Positions 26,732 to 39,934 are shown, counted from the first letter of the stretch. The stretch is 64,000 nucleotides of DNA from Heterostelium pallidum (GCF_000004825.1 NW_008805068.1:1925471-1989470); one strand, 5' to 3'. Translations and numbers: made by a program. Notes: generated from the letters alone by a model not told the origin.

Positions 26732-27361
26732 TGTTCTAAAACTTGGTTATTTGTTTTTGTTTGAATATTACCAAATAAAAAAATACTAACTAATTAACTA
26801 ACTAACTAACTACTTTGCGATTAAAGAAATATAAAATAAACACCGTTCAAATATTCAATCACCTGGTAATACTACAAATACCAATGTCCTATAATGTAAT
26901 GTGTTTTGGGGTGCCAGTCTTTGACTTTAAGTCTTCAGTGTAATGAAGGCTTTGTTAAAAGAAATAAAATAAAATAGTAATTTTAAACAGAAGAAGTTAA
27001 AACTACTTGGTTTAATAATAATAATAAAAAGTATAACTAATGAATGGAATGAATATATAAATATTTATATTTATAAGAATTTAAATGTTAAATAAATGAT
27101 TGAAACTATTTAAAAAAAAAGTAAATGAAATTTCAATAGTTTTTGATAGGGAATGACATAATTTTAATCATCTCCAACTTATGAATGTCAAAAAAAAATT
27201 AAAAAAATTAAAAAAAATAAGAAAAAAAAATAAGTAAAAAAATTAAAAAAATTAAAAAAATCATAAACATGATTTGTGTTTCACCTGGTTTGAATCTGTG
27301 TTTTTATCCTGATTTATCGCCAAAACCATGCAAATGCTATATTAAATATATTTTTATTGAT

Positions 27362-29152
27362 TTAATGATTTGTTGTGTTACCACTATTATTATTATTATT
27401 GTTGTTGTTACTATTACTATTATTACTATTATTACTATTATTATTATGACTATTGATATTGTTACAATTATTATTTTTTTTTAAAATAATAGAACTATTA
27501 TTATTAATATTTTCAATTGTATCACTATTATTATTATTATTATTATTATCACTATTATTTGAATTGGTAATATTCATTTGTTGTTGTTGTTGTTTAGATG
27601 ACAATGATGATGATGATGTTGATGATGATTCATTTTCATCCAAATCCCAATCGATTGTTGGTTTAATTATTGTTGTTGGTGTTGTTGATATTGTTGTTGA
27701 ATTATTATTGGTAGTTGTTTGTTGTTGTTGTTGTTGATGTTGTTTTAATAATAAATTATTCACTGTACTAAAATGTTTGCAACCATAGAAACCTTTGGCG
27801 ACCGAGAATGGTGAGGGATGTGATGCTGTGAGTATGGTATGTCGTTCAGAGTTGATGAGTGTTGCTTTCTGCTGTGCATGCTTGCCCCACAGCAAGAATA
27901 TGATTCCCTGACGCTCTCGGTTCAGTGTGGAGATGGCGACGTCGGTGAATGTCTCCCAGCCGCGATTGCTATGCGATTCGGGCGTGCCTTTGCGCACTGT
28001 CAGACAGGTGTTGAGCAGCAGCACACCTTGACGCGCCCACTTCTCGAGGTTGCCGTGTCCGACCTGTTTGCAAACACCGAGATCACTCTGGAGTTCGGTG
28101 AAGATGTTGTTGATGGCGGCGGGCATCAGTGGCAGTGGACGACGACCGAGCACACCCACCGAGAACGACAGGCCGTTGGCTTGGTCGGTGCCGTGGTATG
28201 GATCCTGACCGAGAATCACAACCTTCACCTGACTCAACTCTGTCAGATTGAACGCATGAAATATGTAGTCCACCTGTGGATAGATAATAATGCCACTCTC
28301 CTTCTCAGACTCCAAGTAGTCAAACAACGACTTCATATAGGGTTTGTCAAACTCCTTGGAGAGATGCGATTGCCATTGAGGTGAGCGCAACGATTCTTTG
28401 ATTTGCTCAGTGTAACTCTTTTCTTTTGCAACAGAGGGTGTGATTTGATTGTATTTGATGCTGCCATCTTTGTTTTGTACTTGATGTCTTTTGTTTGTAA
28501 AACTACCACTATTATATTGACTGTCGATTGTTTGGCTAATTTGTTGTTGTTGCTGCTGTTGATGATGATGATGACTATTATTATGTTGAGAGTGGTGATG
28601 TTGTTGTTGTTGATGTTGTATATTATATAAAGGTTGTTGATTGTGAAAGAATTGATGTAGTTGCTGCTGTTGTTGTTGATGAAGTTGTTGTTGTTGATGT
28701 TGCTGTGTATTATTTATGAAAGGAGATTGTTGAAATAGAAATAGACCATCGTGTGACTTTGATTGTAAAGACGAAGAAGAGGAATCAAATGGATTGCTGT
28801 TATTCTGTATCAAAGGTAATATCTTTACGATCTCTTCTTGTTTTCTTTTCTTGATGCTATCGCTACTGCTTATGTTACTACTACTGATATTATCACTCAT
28901 ATTGTAGTCTGTATCGATGTATTGCTGTTGTTTATATTGATTCAAATTATTAAAAGAGTAAGAATTTAATGATTGTTGTTGTTGTTGTTGCTGATGCTGC
29001 TGCTGTTGATTATATTGTGAATTTTGTACAAAAGTATTGAAACTATGATTGTTGTTATTATTATTGTTGTTGTTCAGATTGAAATAAATAGATTGTTGTA
29101 GTTGCTGAGGTGTAGATGCAGGTGTTGTCGACGATGGTTGAAAAATGACCAT
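27362..29152 (-). CDS. ung: Uracil-DNA glycosylase (family 1 UNG) with long Q/N/H-rich N- and C-terminal low-complexity extensions. Single exon.
   Basis: Canonical motifs VVILGQDPYHG..QANGLSFSV, LLLNTCLTVRKG and HPSPFS (water-activating loop, 4-Pro loop). The conserved core is about 220 aa, roughly 27840-28400. Confidence 0.85.
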   Translation of the reverse strand: MVIFQPSSTTPASTPQQLQQSIYFNLNNNNNNNNNHSFNTFVQNSQYNQQQQHQQQQQQQSLNSYSFNNLNQYKQQQYIDTDYNMSDNISSSNISSSDSIKKRKQEEIVKILPLIQNNSNPFDSSSSSLQSKSHDGLFLFQQSPFINNTQQHQQQQLHQQQQQQLHQFFHNQQPLYNIQHQQQQHHHSQHNNSHHHHQQQQQQQISQTIDSQYNSGSFTNKRHQVQNKDGSIKYNQITPSVAKEKSYTEQIKESLRSPQWQSHLSKEFDKPYMKSLFDYLESEKESGIIIYPQVDYIFHAFNLTELSQVKVVILGQDPYHGTDQANGLSFSVGVLGRRPLPLMPAAINNIFTELQSDLGVCKQVGHGNLEKWARQGVLLLNTCLTVRKGTPESHSNRGWETFTDVAISTLNRERQGIIFLLWGKHAQQKATLINSERHTILTASHPSPFSVAKGFYGCKHFSTVNNLLLKQHQQQQQQTTTNNNSTTISTTPTTIIKPTIDWDLDENESSSTSSSSLSSKQQQQQMNITNSNNSDNNNNNNNSDTIENINNNSSIILKKNNNCNNINSHNNNSNNSNNSNSNNNNNNNNSGNTTNH

Positions 29153-29752
29153 GACTAGTTTTAGCTTTATATAATATACAAACTATACTATGTCTATTTG
29201 GTCAATGTATATAATATCTATGTATTATATATATATATATATATATATTGATTTATATTTATATTGTATATATTAGGATATCATAAATTTGTAAGTGTTT
29301 ATATATATATATGTATGTATGTTAATGTTTATATGTTTTGTTTAACTTTTCAAATAATTGAAATAAAAATAAAATAAAATTAAAAACAAAAAAAAAGAAA
29401 TTGAATTTTATTTATTATTTTAAAAAATCGGATGGATGAGGATGTTGGGGTTTTTAATACCAAGAATTTAAAGTTAGTTTAAGTCTCACTGTTGTTTTTA
29501 TCTTCTGACTAGATATGATTCATTAATCAACAACAAACAAACAAGAAATCAATTAAAAGATTGAGGAAATATACATATTAAAAAAACAGGGTTAAATTTA
29601 AAATATACAAAATTGAATTGAATAAAACAACATTATAATATAATGATGGATGTTCATTCAATTTGATTGTGTTTTTTTATGTTAATTTACAGTATACTAT
29701 CTATTATTATTATCTATTCTTGTTATTTGTTATTGTTGTCGTTGTTGAACGA

Positions 29753-31440
29753 TCAAGAATCAGATTCTTCAATTGACCAACATGTCTTTTTAATGAGAAT
29801 GGAGGTCATCACCAGGAGAGTATCGTCTTTGATGAAACCATTGCTTTCGAGAACCGATGCTCTGATTGCTTTTCTATCACCCCAGCCCTGACCACCTTTG
29901 ATTGGAAACGTCGTTCTAAAGTCTTTCTTGACCGACAGTGTCTGATCGCGCTGATTGAAAAACTTTAAATAATACTCGAGTGTCAGACTCTTGCCCTTCG
30001 GTATCTGATTGGTATCCAAAAACAAATAGATACTGATGTAACCCTTGCTATCGTTAGAGTCACCGTCCGTATAGAATCCAATGAACCACTGGAATCCACC
30101 GATCGTAAACTTTTCCGATTGTATATAACCTTTCTTCTTTAAAATACTATAGTTCTTTACACACCATTCAACTTTCTTACTTGAATCACCTATTATTATT
30201 ATTATTATAATAACAAATATCAGGTACCATCATTAGTTAGTTAGTAAAGTAATGTCAATCTGTCGCAATACTGTAATAATAACATAACAACAAACATACT
30301 TTTCTCATTCATTGATTTCTCCAATTGTTTTATCTTGTCATCTTTATCTTTAAGTAACAATGAAAACTCTTTCTTTAAATTGGTAATTGTATCGGTGTAA
30401 TGTGATTTCATCAACAAAAGATGATGTGACAATGATTTCTCTATATGTGATTCAAGATCTTTTCTATCAAACTAATAGTAAAAGATAACAAAGTTGTTGT
30501 TTATTAATATATATATTAAAATGTATGTAAATAATAACATTGTGATATGGTGTAAGTACTTACAGTTGCATTACAACCAGATTCAAAGAATGGACATTGA
30601 ATATGGTAGTTTGGACACAAGTTCAGTTTATGTTTTTCAAATTCTTTCTTTATCATCGGTGCATTACATCTATCACATTCTATTTTAATCATATCACATT
30701 CATTTAAATGATTCTTAATTTAATTTAAATAGAATAAAACAAAACATTAATGTTTTGTTGTTTGTTTGTTTGTTTGTTTTTACCTGTTTATAGATATTAT
30801 TAGTAATAAACACTTACGGTTATCTCGTTATGCGTGAAATCAGCGTTACAATGTTGACATTGTACAGGTCGATATGGACATTCTTCATAGTGAGCATCCA
30901 TCAATCTTCTTCGTATGACACCACACTCCTTACTAAATTTACAATACTCAAAGCTGTGCTCACATATATTCTCGTGTTTGGCAGAGTTCTCCAACGATAT
31001 AATCTCATTGCAACCCTGTTCATCTACAATCCATCCAACTGATTTCTGATATTTAAAATGATATTTACAAAATACCTATAATATTATAGTGATTATCAAA
31101 TTAATAATTGATAATAACAATAATATAAGTAATCATCTTATTATTATTATTATTATTATTAATAACATACACTTAAAGTTCTAAGATGTCTCTCTACAAA
31201 TAAAGATCTTGATAGTTTCTCAACGTTCAATGAACATCTACACTCTGGACACTCTTGTATCTTCTTTAGAGACTGTAGAATGCAATCCATACAAAAGAGA
31301 TGACCATTCTTACACTGTCTAGGTTTATTTATAATCTGTAGACAAATGCCGCATTGTAGTTCCTTTATTATCTCTTGATCTACAATGACCACTTCAATAG
31401 GTACTGTATTCTCTAATTCTGTATATTGAAATCTATCCAT
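29753..31440 (-). CDS. TRAF-like protein with RING finger, TRAF-type zinc fingers, coiled coil and C-terminal MATH domain. Exons 31440-31171, 31075-30818, 30713-30564, 30471-30300 and 30189-29753.
   Basis: RING: CGICLQIINKPRQCKNGHLFCMDCI..CPECR. TRAF zinc fingers: HENICEHSFEYC..CPYRPVQCQHC and CPNYHIQCPFFESGC. MATH: VEWCVKNYSILKKKGYIQSEKFTIGGFQWFIGFYTDG...YISIYLFL. All introns are GT/AG. Confidence 0.7.
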
Positions 31441-32240
31441 GGTCTTCAAAAGAACTCTACTACTATTAAACTACAACTATTATACAAAAATAAAATGGGC
31501 AAATTAAAAAAATTAAAAATTAAAATAAATATTTGTTATTATTATAATTATAATTCGATTTAATCTATTAACTATTTAATATGATTCCACTATCTATTCT
31601 ATTCTATTACAATGAATTTAAATTATAAACAACAAACTATTTTTTTATATTAAATTTTTAATTAAAAATTTTCAACAGACAGTTTTTTTTTAAAAAAAAA
31701 ATAACAAGATTTTTTAAATTGAAATAATCTTTATAAATCTTATAAAATTAATTAAAGTCTAATGAAAATGACAAAGATGGATAATCATAAACATACTTCA
31801 ATGTCGAATATTGAAGCATTATAAGAACTGAAATCACCAAGTTCGAATGTTAATATTATAAAAATTACCAGAACATTGAAACACTGTGAACACTCGGAGA
31901 AGATCATTAATAGGAAAGTTATAAAGAGTTTCACCTGTGATCAATTCTACCTGAGTAAAGTTACTTTGAAAGAAAGTTGTCAAAGTAGTTGGTGATTGTG
32001 ATGAATCTACTCTACCTGCGGTACAACTTAAAAATGAATCAATAACAATGTAAATGATAGAAGTTGTATTATTGTTGTTGTTTAGAAAAGAAAGACCAGG
32101 TAAAGGTTAACTGAAAAAACATATCATCGCTTTGAAGTATTTTTCTTTTTTATATTTTGGAGATTTCAGAATGACGATCTGTTTTCACAACTATCCACAC
32201 TACAAAAAATCAAAACTCGTTTGCATTTTTATGTAAAAAC

Positions 32241-32454
32241 GAAATATCTTTAAAGTTTGATATCTAGATAGTTATCTCATTAAAAGAACATTTTTTGTTT
32301 GTTTTTGGTGGGTCAATTTGGGTAAAAACAGAATTTTTTTGTTCAATATTTTTTTGATGTGAGGTGCTGGTTTGTTTTGAAATCATGATTTTACTCCTAA
32401 AAACATTGTTCCTTTGTTGGAGATAACTATCTAGATCTTTAAGTTTGATATTTC
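32241..32454. repeat. Composite inverted plus direct repeat pair flanking about 140 bp, lying about 80 bp upstream of the membrane-protein ATG. Looks like a small foldback element (MITE-like).
   Basis: 32241-32278 reads gaaatatctttaaagtttgatatctagatagttatctc. The reverse complement of 32420-32454 reads gaaatatcaaacttaaagatctagatagttatctc. They share an inverted core tctagatagttatctc/gagataactatctaga and a direct segment atctttaa(a)gtttgatat. Confidence 0.5.
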
Positions 32455-32531
32455 TTTTTTAAAATTCTTATTTGATTGTGATCTGCAAAATATTATCATT
32501 TGATATTTTTTTCAAAATAAAAATAAAAATA

Positions 32532-35500
32532 ATGACAATTAAAAAGATTATTATTTACTTATTAATGTTGATTCTTGTTAAACAATGTGAAGGTATGTAA
32601 TATATTTAAGAAAATTGAAATTTACAGAGTATTTAAATTTAATAATAATATATTTCACAATTTTTTAGGACAGGCAAGACTTACAGATGTAACAGTAGAT
32701 AAGGTGAATACCAACTCTGTTCAGATGTCATATGGTTGTTTTGATGCGGTTAACCCCAGGTACAGTTTTACTTATCCAAATGGAACCCCAGTTACTGTTG
32801 ATCCCTCATGTATAACCTCAACTACTTGTCTTATTGTGGGATTAGTGCCAGCTACTCAATATTCTATTGATGTTTGTTGTTATGACGATGGTTCATATTG
32901 TCAATTCGGTATACTGAGAATTCCGTTTGTTACTTACGCCGAGATATCGTTACCACAGATTACATTCAATTCTATTTTAAAAAATGGAGTGAATATGTCA
33001 ATTTTTACTCCGGGTGGCATTCCTGATCCTCCTACAACCTACAAAATATATGCCAATGGAACTGCTCTCTCAGTTTTAAACTCTTATTCTTCCTTTGTAG
33101 TTAATACTCTACAACCATCGACTGGATATTTTATTGAAGTTCAAGCATTAAATGATAACGACCAAAGGAAATCTAGTTTTTATGCAGTTACATATGGCAA
33201 TCCAGAAGTTGCAATTTCTTTATTAAATTCTACTCTGAACTCAATGGCTGTGTCATATTTATCAACAGGAGCTATTGTTGGAATGTTAACTAATTATACT
33301 GTAAAGTATAATAATATTGGTGTTCCTGGATGTATAAATATATATAATACTCAATGTATTATAAGTAATTTATCTTATAAAACAAATTATTCAATCAACG
33401 TAATATCTTACAATCAAATTAATTTTGCAAGTGGAGTCCAAACATTTTCAACTCAAGCTTACCCTGCAATCTCAAACTTAACATTATCATTAGTCAACAA
33501 AACAACTACAACCATTACCGTACAATATGATTCATTGAATGGATTTCCGGGTCAAACATTATATTTCGTTGATGTTCATGGTGTTCTTAAGTGTCCAAGT
33601 TCAAAAGATAAAATATGTTTTGCAAGAAATTTACAACCTGGATTTCTCTATAATTTCCTTGTAAATGCATCAAATGACGGAAATAGTATTTCTGTTAATG
33701 ACAACTTTTCAACTTTTTATCAAATATCAGGTCTATATTTTGCTTCAAATCAAAGTACAACCTCAAAAATCTTAATTGTTTATAATTCATTTTCTGGAAT
33801 TCCAGGTGAATCATATTATACTACCAAAGTTAATGTAGGTTAATAACTCTAAAGCATAAACCAAATTGTTTTGTTAATCCTCTTTTTTTCAAAATAGGGA
33901 ACACCATATCCAGTATGCCTAAATGTAAAAACTATTTCTTGTGAAATTATGAATCTTCAAAGTGCTACTAAATATAAGATAGAAGTTTTTGCAACCAATG
34001 ATGGAACTACAATATCAATTTCAAAAGATATTTATACTTTGAACGGAGTTATTATATCTGATATCAATGCAACAGTAATCACAACAAAAACAATGTCTCT
34101 TTCATTTGGATCATATTTTGGGGTTATTGGTCTATCGAAATTTACAGTCACTATCAACAATACAGTAATTCCAAGTTGCTCTCAGATTTCAACAATAACT
34201 TGTGATTTAGCAAATTTAACACCTGGAACTGCATATGAAATCAAAGTATCAGTTTTAAATGATGGAACATCAAATGAGATGACAAAAATATTCAATACAT
34301 ATTCAATAGTTTCAATCCCAATCATTACAGTTCATCAACAATTAAATCAAACTCTATTGATTAAATATTCAACAAGTGGAGGTGTTCCTGGAAATTCACT
34401 TTATACAACATCAATCAATGGTTCAGATATTTCTGGTTGTGTTAAAAATAGTTCGCTTCAATGTCTATTCAATCCTTATCAATTAGGATATATATATTCA
34501 ATAACAGTGCTGGTTGAGAATGATGGATATAGTCATAAATCGTTTTTCGATTTAAAAATTTATGATTGTGAGTTTCTTTATTAATAATAAGTAGAATGTT
34601 TCATTATTAACTTTTTATATAATAGATCCAACAGCAGTTAATATTATAAATATTGTTCCAACATCCAGAAATATTTCAATTGAATGGACAGAGAGTCAAG
34701 AAGGTGTTCCTAACAAGTCAATATATCAAGCATCGCTTTCAAATGGAGATGGAGTTAATTTCCATGTATTTTGTAATAATATAACGAATATATTGAAATG
34801 TAGTTTCCCAAATCTCATTCAAAACACAACATATTCATTGAGAGTATCTGTTTTGAATACTAATTTCGATGCAGTTAACACAACAATTAAAGTTAAAACA
34901 TTAAATGGTATGTATAATTTAATTAAATATTTCTTTTTTCCAATCTAATTAATTTATTTATATTTAATAAAGATGGAAATGAATATTGTAGCAAATCAGG
35001 AAGCATGGAATGTAATGGTAATGGTATTTGTTCAAATGGGAATTGTAATTGTTTAACAGGATGGATTGGTCAATATTGTGAGATACCAAATAATTTAGAT
35101 AATAATAATCCACCTATCATACTTCCAAATCCAATATCACCAGGAGTGATTATCGAAGAGAAAGGAATCACTTATTCATTTTCAATTAGCGAAATCAAAG
35201 AAATCGATTCAACTTTATCAACAATTAAAAGGTTGAATATTTCATCTTTACAATGGAATTTAACAAAGAGTAATGATAGAAATATAAGTACTTCAATCAA
35301 TTTAATGGTAACAGAGAGATCATGGCATTATTCAGTTTCAATTGAAAATCAATATTTCCAATCAATCAACATATCATTCTACCAATATTTATCATTACCA
35401 GGAGTTACACAAAATGATTATTATGAATATCAATATGCAGGTAAAACCTATTCAATCAAACTTGGATCATTCAAATATACTTTAAATATTTCAGAATGGG

Positions 35501-35994
35501 ATTTCCAATCAAGATTGAATACTTTGGAGGTATCAAGTATGATTACAACACCAATCGGTGGAAGTTGTAATCCTCAAATGAATATATCTCTCATTAATTC
35601 CGGTGATATCAATTTATTTGACATTGGAGATGGAAATGGTAATTCTGTTTTTGGAAGATTGATCAACATAGTATTATTGGATGATATTCCGAGATCAATT
35701 TCACACCGAACAATTGAAAACATTGCCAATCAAAGTGTATCAATTGTTTCCATGATTCCGTATTTCGAATCAACTCTGTTTGTCGATCCTGATTTCTCAA
35801 ATTTAATCACTGTCAATGGTAAAGTATCTTGCCCTTCTAGTAAAGATAACAAATGGAAGATCATTGTAGGTGTTGTTGTCGGAGGTACTGTTGGTATAGC
35901 CTTAATTGCTGGTTCTTCATATTATTTTTATAAAAAGAAAATAATGCAAAAAGAAAACAAAAAATTGCAAAACAAATTAAATAATATGAAATAA
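32532..35994 (+). CDS. Secreted type I membrane glycoprotein. Domain order is a signal peptide, then at least 7 FN3/Ig-like beta-sandwich repeats, then an EGF-like module, then an extracellular stalk, then a TM helix, then a short basic tail. Five exons.
   Basis: Signal peptide MTIKKIIIYLLMLILVKQCEG. The repeat modules recur with ..Y.I.V.A.NDG(T/N).. and N-x-S/T sequons. EGF: CNGNGICSNGNCNCLTGWIGQYCE. TM: IIVGVVVGGTVGIALIAGSSYYF then KKKIMQKENKK. Exons 32532-32592, 32669-33834, 33898-34567, 34626-34907, 34973-35994. Confidence 0.65.
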
Positions 35995-36489
35995 AAAAAT
36001 AAAATTAATATTCTTTTTTATTTTATTGCAACAACAACATTAAGGATCCTGTAAATAATAATATTTAAAATAGACTATTCTTATTATTGTGCAAAAAATA
36101 CTTTCAAAATTATTGAAAATATCAAGGTAAAAAAGAGATTTTGAAGGATACAAAGATAGAGAGGATTGATAGATGAAAACCTGTTGGACATAACTATTAT
36201 CTTCAAAAGTATATGGGAACTATCGTTGAGTCAAGTTATTGGTCAACAATGAATATTCACCAATGGTTAAATGAGTACTCGATATATCACTCTAGACATA
36301 GTAGGTTTTTATGTTGATATAATATTGTCCTAGAGCATTATACATACATTTCATTTCATTGAGACAGATGTTAGAACTTAAAGTTATGTGAGATCAAAGA
36401 TAGTTAGTTGCTTCGATAGAATGTTGTTAAAGTAACAGCTCTTCTTTTTTTTTAATATTATAAATTATATTTGTTTTTATTATTATTTT

Positions 36490-36882
36490 TTAGAATACAT
36501 AACCGAATTCTTTGGTTTGTGGAATTGATTGGATCTCGTGGAGTACTGCGTAGATACGACGTGAGGTCTTGAGTCCACCGGTTGAAAAGAGAGTGAGTGC
36601 CTCTTCACGAAGACGTGGTGCGTGTACCTTTACGTAGGTATCGAGGGTCTCTTGAGAGACAACAAAGTATTGCATGACGTACTCTTCAGTGGCTGGGTCA
36701 CTTGGTTGAGTCAACTTGTGAATGACACCCTTCTTGAACAATGTACCATTTTCCAACGAAACAATCTCACTGACATGCTTCTGAATGTATGTATCCCATT
36801 TCTCTGCAATCTCTTTATTTACAACTGCTGTAACTTCATAAATAATTTGATTAACAGTTGGTGTTGAGTTGGTAGTTGCCAT
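36490..36882 (-). CDS. Small conserved protein of about 130 aa, bacterial-type DUF4286-like. Assignment is tentative.
   Basis: ORF from ATG at 36882: MATTNSTPTVNQIIYEVTAVVNKEIAEKWDTYIQKHVSEIVSL...YVMQYFVVSQETLDTYVKVHAPRLREEALTLF. The pattern YEVTA..E....W..W...H and ..Q....S.E.L..Y.....A..LR.E resembles DUF4286. No introns. Confidence 0.45.
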   Translation of the reverse strand: MATTNSTPTVNQIIYEVTAVVNKEIAEKWDTYIQKHVSEIVSLENGTLFKKGVIHKLTQPSDPATEEYVMQYFVVSQETLDTYVKVHAPRLREEALTLFSTGGLKTSRRIYAVLHEIQSIPQTKEFGYVF

Positions 36883-37202
36883 TATATTATTATTATTATT
36901 CTTATTCTTATTTTTAATTAATTCAAAGTTAAGATCACACACCCAATTGCAATCATTTTAAAATAATCAAAATTGAATAAATTTAATTTAACATTTTTAA
37001 AATAAAAATAAAAATAAAATAAAATAAATGGTGTGGGTCAAAACAATCTGTCCAAATCAAAAGGAACTTTCAAGTTCAAAAAAGATATTTTTGGACAAAA
37101 AAAAAAAAAATCTAAAATGAGTGAAAAAAGATTAGTTTAGTTTTTAAATGTTTAACGTTAAGGATATCCTTTACTTTATTTGTTTGTTTGTTTGTTTTAA
37201 AT

Positions 37203-39028
37203 TTATTTAACACCCATCATTCTGAATGTATAGATTCCAAATGGTGGAGTTTGACCTGGTGTAAGTGTTGGCAGCTTAATGTTTATACCTTGACCATTGC
37301 TGTTCATGTTCCAACTGACCAAGATCGAGTTATTGTTTGGTCCGATCAATTCGATGGTGGCCGATGTCGATGCAACCGGTGCCTTTAGCTCGAGAACTCC
37401 AGAGTCTGGCCATACAAACGATATAGCATAGACGTAGCCGGTTTGAGTGTTGGTGGTGTACCAGATCAACTCGTCGGCAGTGTCGTTCTGTGCACGCCAG
37501 AAAGTACTATCGTAGATCGCTTCACCGTTGACACCCAACCACTCACCAATCTCAATGAGACGCTCCTGCATAACGATGGGAATGACACCATCGGCAGTTG
37601 GTCCGACATCCAACAAGAAATTACCGCCACAACTAACAGTGGAAACCATTGCTTGAAGAAGAGCAGTTGTAGATTGATACTCTTGTAATGGTTCGTTTTC
37701 ATTGTATCCCCATGAAGTTCCTAAAAATTATTAATAGAAATAAATGTAAATAAGTATTTAACAATTGTAATAATATTATAGACAATACTAACCGATGGTA
37801 TAACAGTTTTCCCATTTATGACCAATTAACTTTCCTGGATTGAATCTATCGTATGGTGTCCAGTAACCACCGTTCTTTGATCTACAATCGCTTCCCCAAC
37901 GATCGTTTGTAACGACTGTATTCTTTACTGAACTGTTGGTGTACAGCCATGAGAGGAACAATGTCGAATCCCAATAGGCTGAGGTTTGTTCCCAATCTCC
38001 ATCAGACCAAACTATAGTAGTTGTAAACTAAAAGTTAGTATAATTATTTATTTTGTACAAAATCAACACAGAAATACATACTTAAATCTGGTTCATATTT
38101 ATTAACAATATCTACCAATTGTGGGAATAATACTTCACTAACGTACTCTTTTTGAGTTGGTGGATTACCAGTTGATTTATCTTGTAAATATGTTGGATTA
38201 AACCATTCTAAAAATAAAAAAATAAAAAAGATAATTAATATTTATTAATAATAATATTTAATAATAATAATAGTTTACCGAATAAAGAATGATATAATCC
38301 CATATGTAAACCAGCATATTTAACAGCAGCAGTCAAATCACCAACCAAATCTCTGTGTGGACCAACATCAACACTATTCCAAGACCATGATTGCTCCGAT
38401 TTCCAATTGGTGAAGCCTTCATGATGCTTACTAGTGAAAACTACATACTTTGCACCCGATGCTTTGAAAATAGCAGCCCATTGTTGTGGGTCAAACAAAT
38501 CAGCTTTAAACATTGGTGCAAATTGCTAAATGGTTAATTAATATATTAATATTTATATTTTTTTATAATAATAATTTAATATACATACTTGATAGGTGAA
38601 ATCTGGACCGAATGTCTTGTTATGATAAGCTTGAGTTGCTCCTCCGTCGGTATCCTTTGGATAGGTCAACGAATACCAATACCATTCTGCAGATGGGAAT
38701 ACTGATGTAGCAAAAGCAGGTACACTGTATACACCCCTATTTATTTAATATTAAAAAATTATTAGAATCATCTCTTTTATATCTTTTATAAGATTTAACT
38801 TACCAATGAATAAATATACCAAATTTAGATTGATCATACTAATTATAAAATTGATAAACAAAAAAATGTAAGTACAAAAATAACTTTTTTCCAAAACTGT
38901 TTTTTTTGCAAACTTACCCAACTTGGTAATGGTCTACTATTTACACTTGGCCAATTTGGTTGATAGGTTTGCGAATTACATATGACAAAAATTGTTACAA
39001 AAAATAGAAGAATTTGTAAATTCCTCAT
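37203..39028 (-). CDS. alfA: Alpha-L-fucosidase (GH29) with signal peptide. Seven exons.
   Basis: Colinear with human FUCA1. Matches include RPLPSW|[12 protein letters not shown]|[52 protein letters not shown]|[27 protein letters not shown] and [14 protein letters not shown]. Exons on the minus strand: 39028-38918, 38838-38804, 38736-38589, 38525-38279, 38207-38082, 38011-37793, 37720-37203. Phases check out. Confidence 0.85.
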
Positions 39029-39934
39029 GATTGATTATATATATATTTATTTAAATGTAAAGATAAAAAAAAAAAGATATAGATAATCGGATAGATAAAA
39101 AAGAAAGAATTTTTTTAATAAAAATAAAAAGTTTGTTAATCTAAATAAAACTAACTCTAACTTTTGTATCAATTTATTTTGAATTGTCTGATAGGGAACT
39201 TGATTGATTAAATAATTCAATTCAATTCAAATTAAATTGATACAAAAGATTAAGATTAGTATGTGTGTGTGTGTTTGTTTTTATTTCATTATTTGACTAC
39301 ATGATTCAATACAATTGCTAAATAATCCTTTAACACATATACTACTAATAGTATTTTGATCGTTTGATTGGTGTGGGTAATTTAAATAAAAATTGCAAAA
39401 ACAACACATATATTAAAAAAAGTAATAAAAATTTGAAACCATCTCATATTTTATCTGCCCATTTTTAATAAAAATAAACTAATTTCAGATTGAGACTTAC
39501 GTTTTTTTTTTTAGAAAAAAAAGTAAACATTACTTTTATTTGATTTGATAATGATTGTAAAAGTCTGTATTCCAATTAAATTCATTCTTTAACTTATGAA
39601 TTATTTGTGGTAGAAATGGCTACCTTTGGTCATTTCTTTATTTTGATTGGTCAGAACTGATCATCACCAACAATGATGTGATTTTTCAATAAAAGGAAAT
39701 AAACTTGTACAAGTTTATTAATTTAGTTTAAGTTTTATAAAATTCTTTAAAAAGTTTATTAATTTAGTTTAAGTTTGTTTGCCAATAAAATGAAAGGATT
39801 AATTGGTTAATTCTTTTCCTTACCATTTTCAAAGTAATAAAGATTGAAAAACATTTTTTTTTGATAGAATATATAAAAATAAATCAATTTTATTACTACA
39901 AATTACATGTTAACATTGAAATTCGAATATCTTT

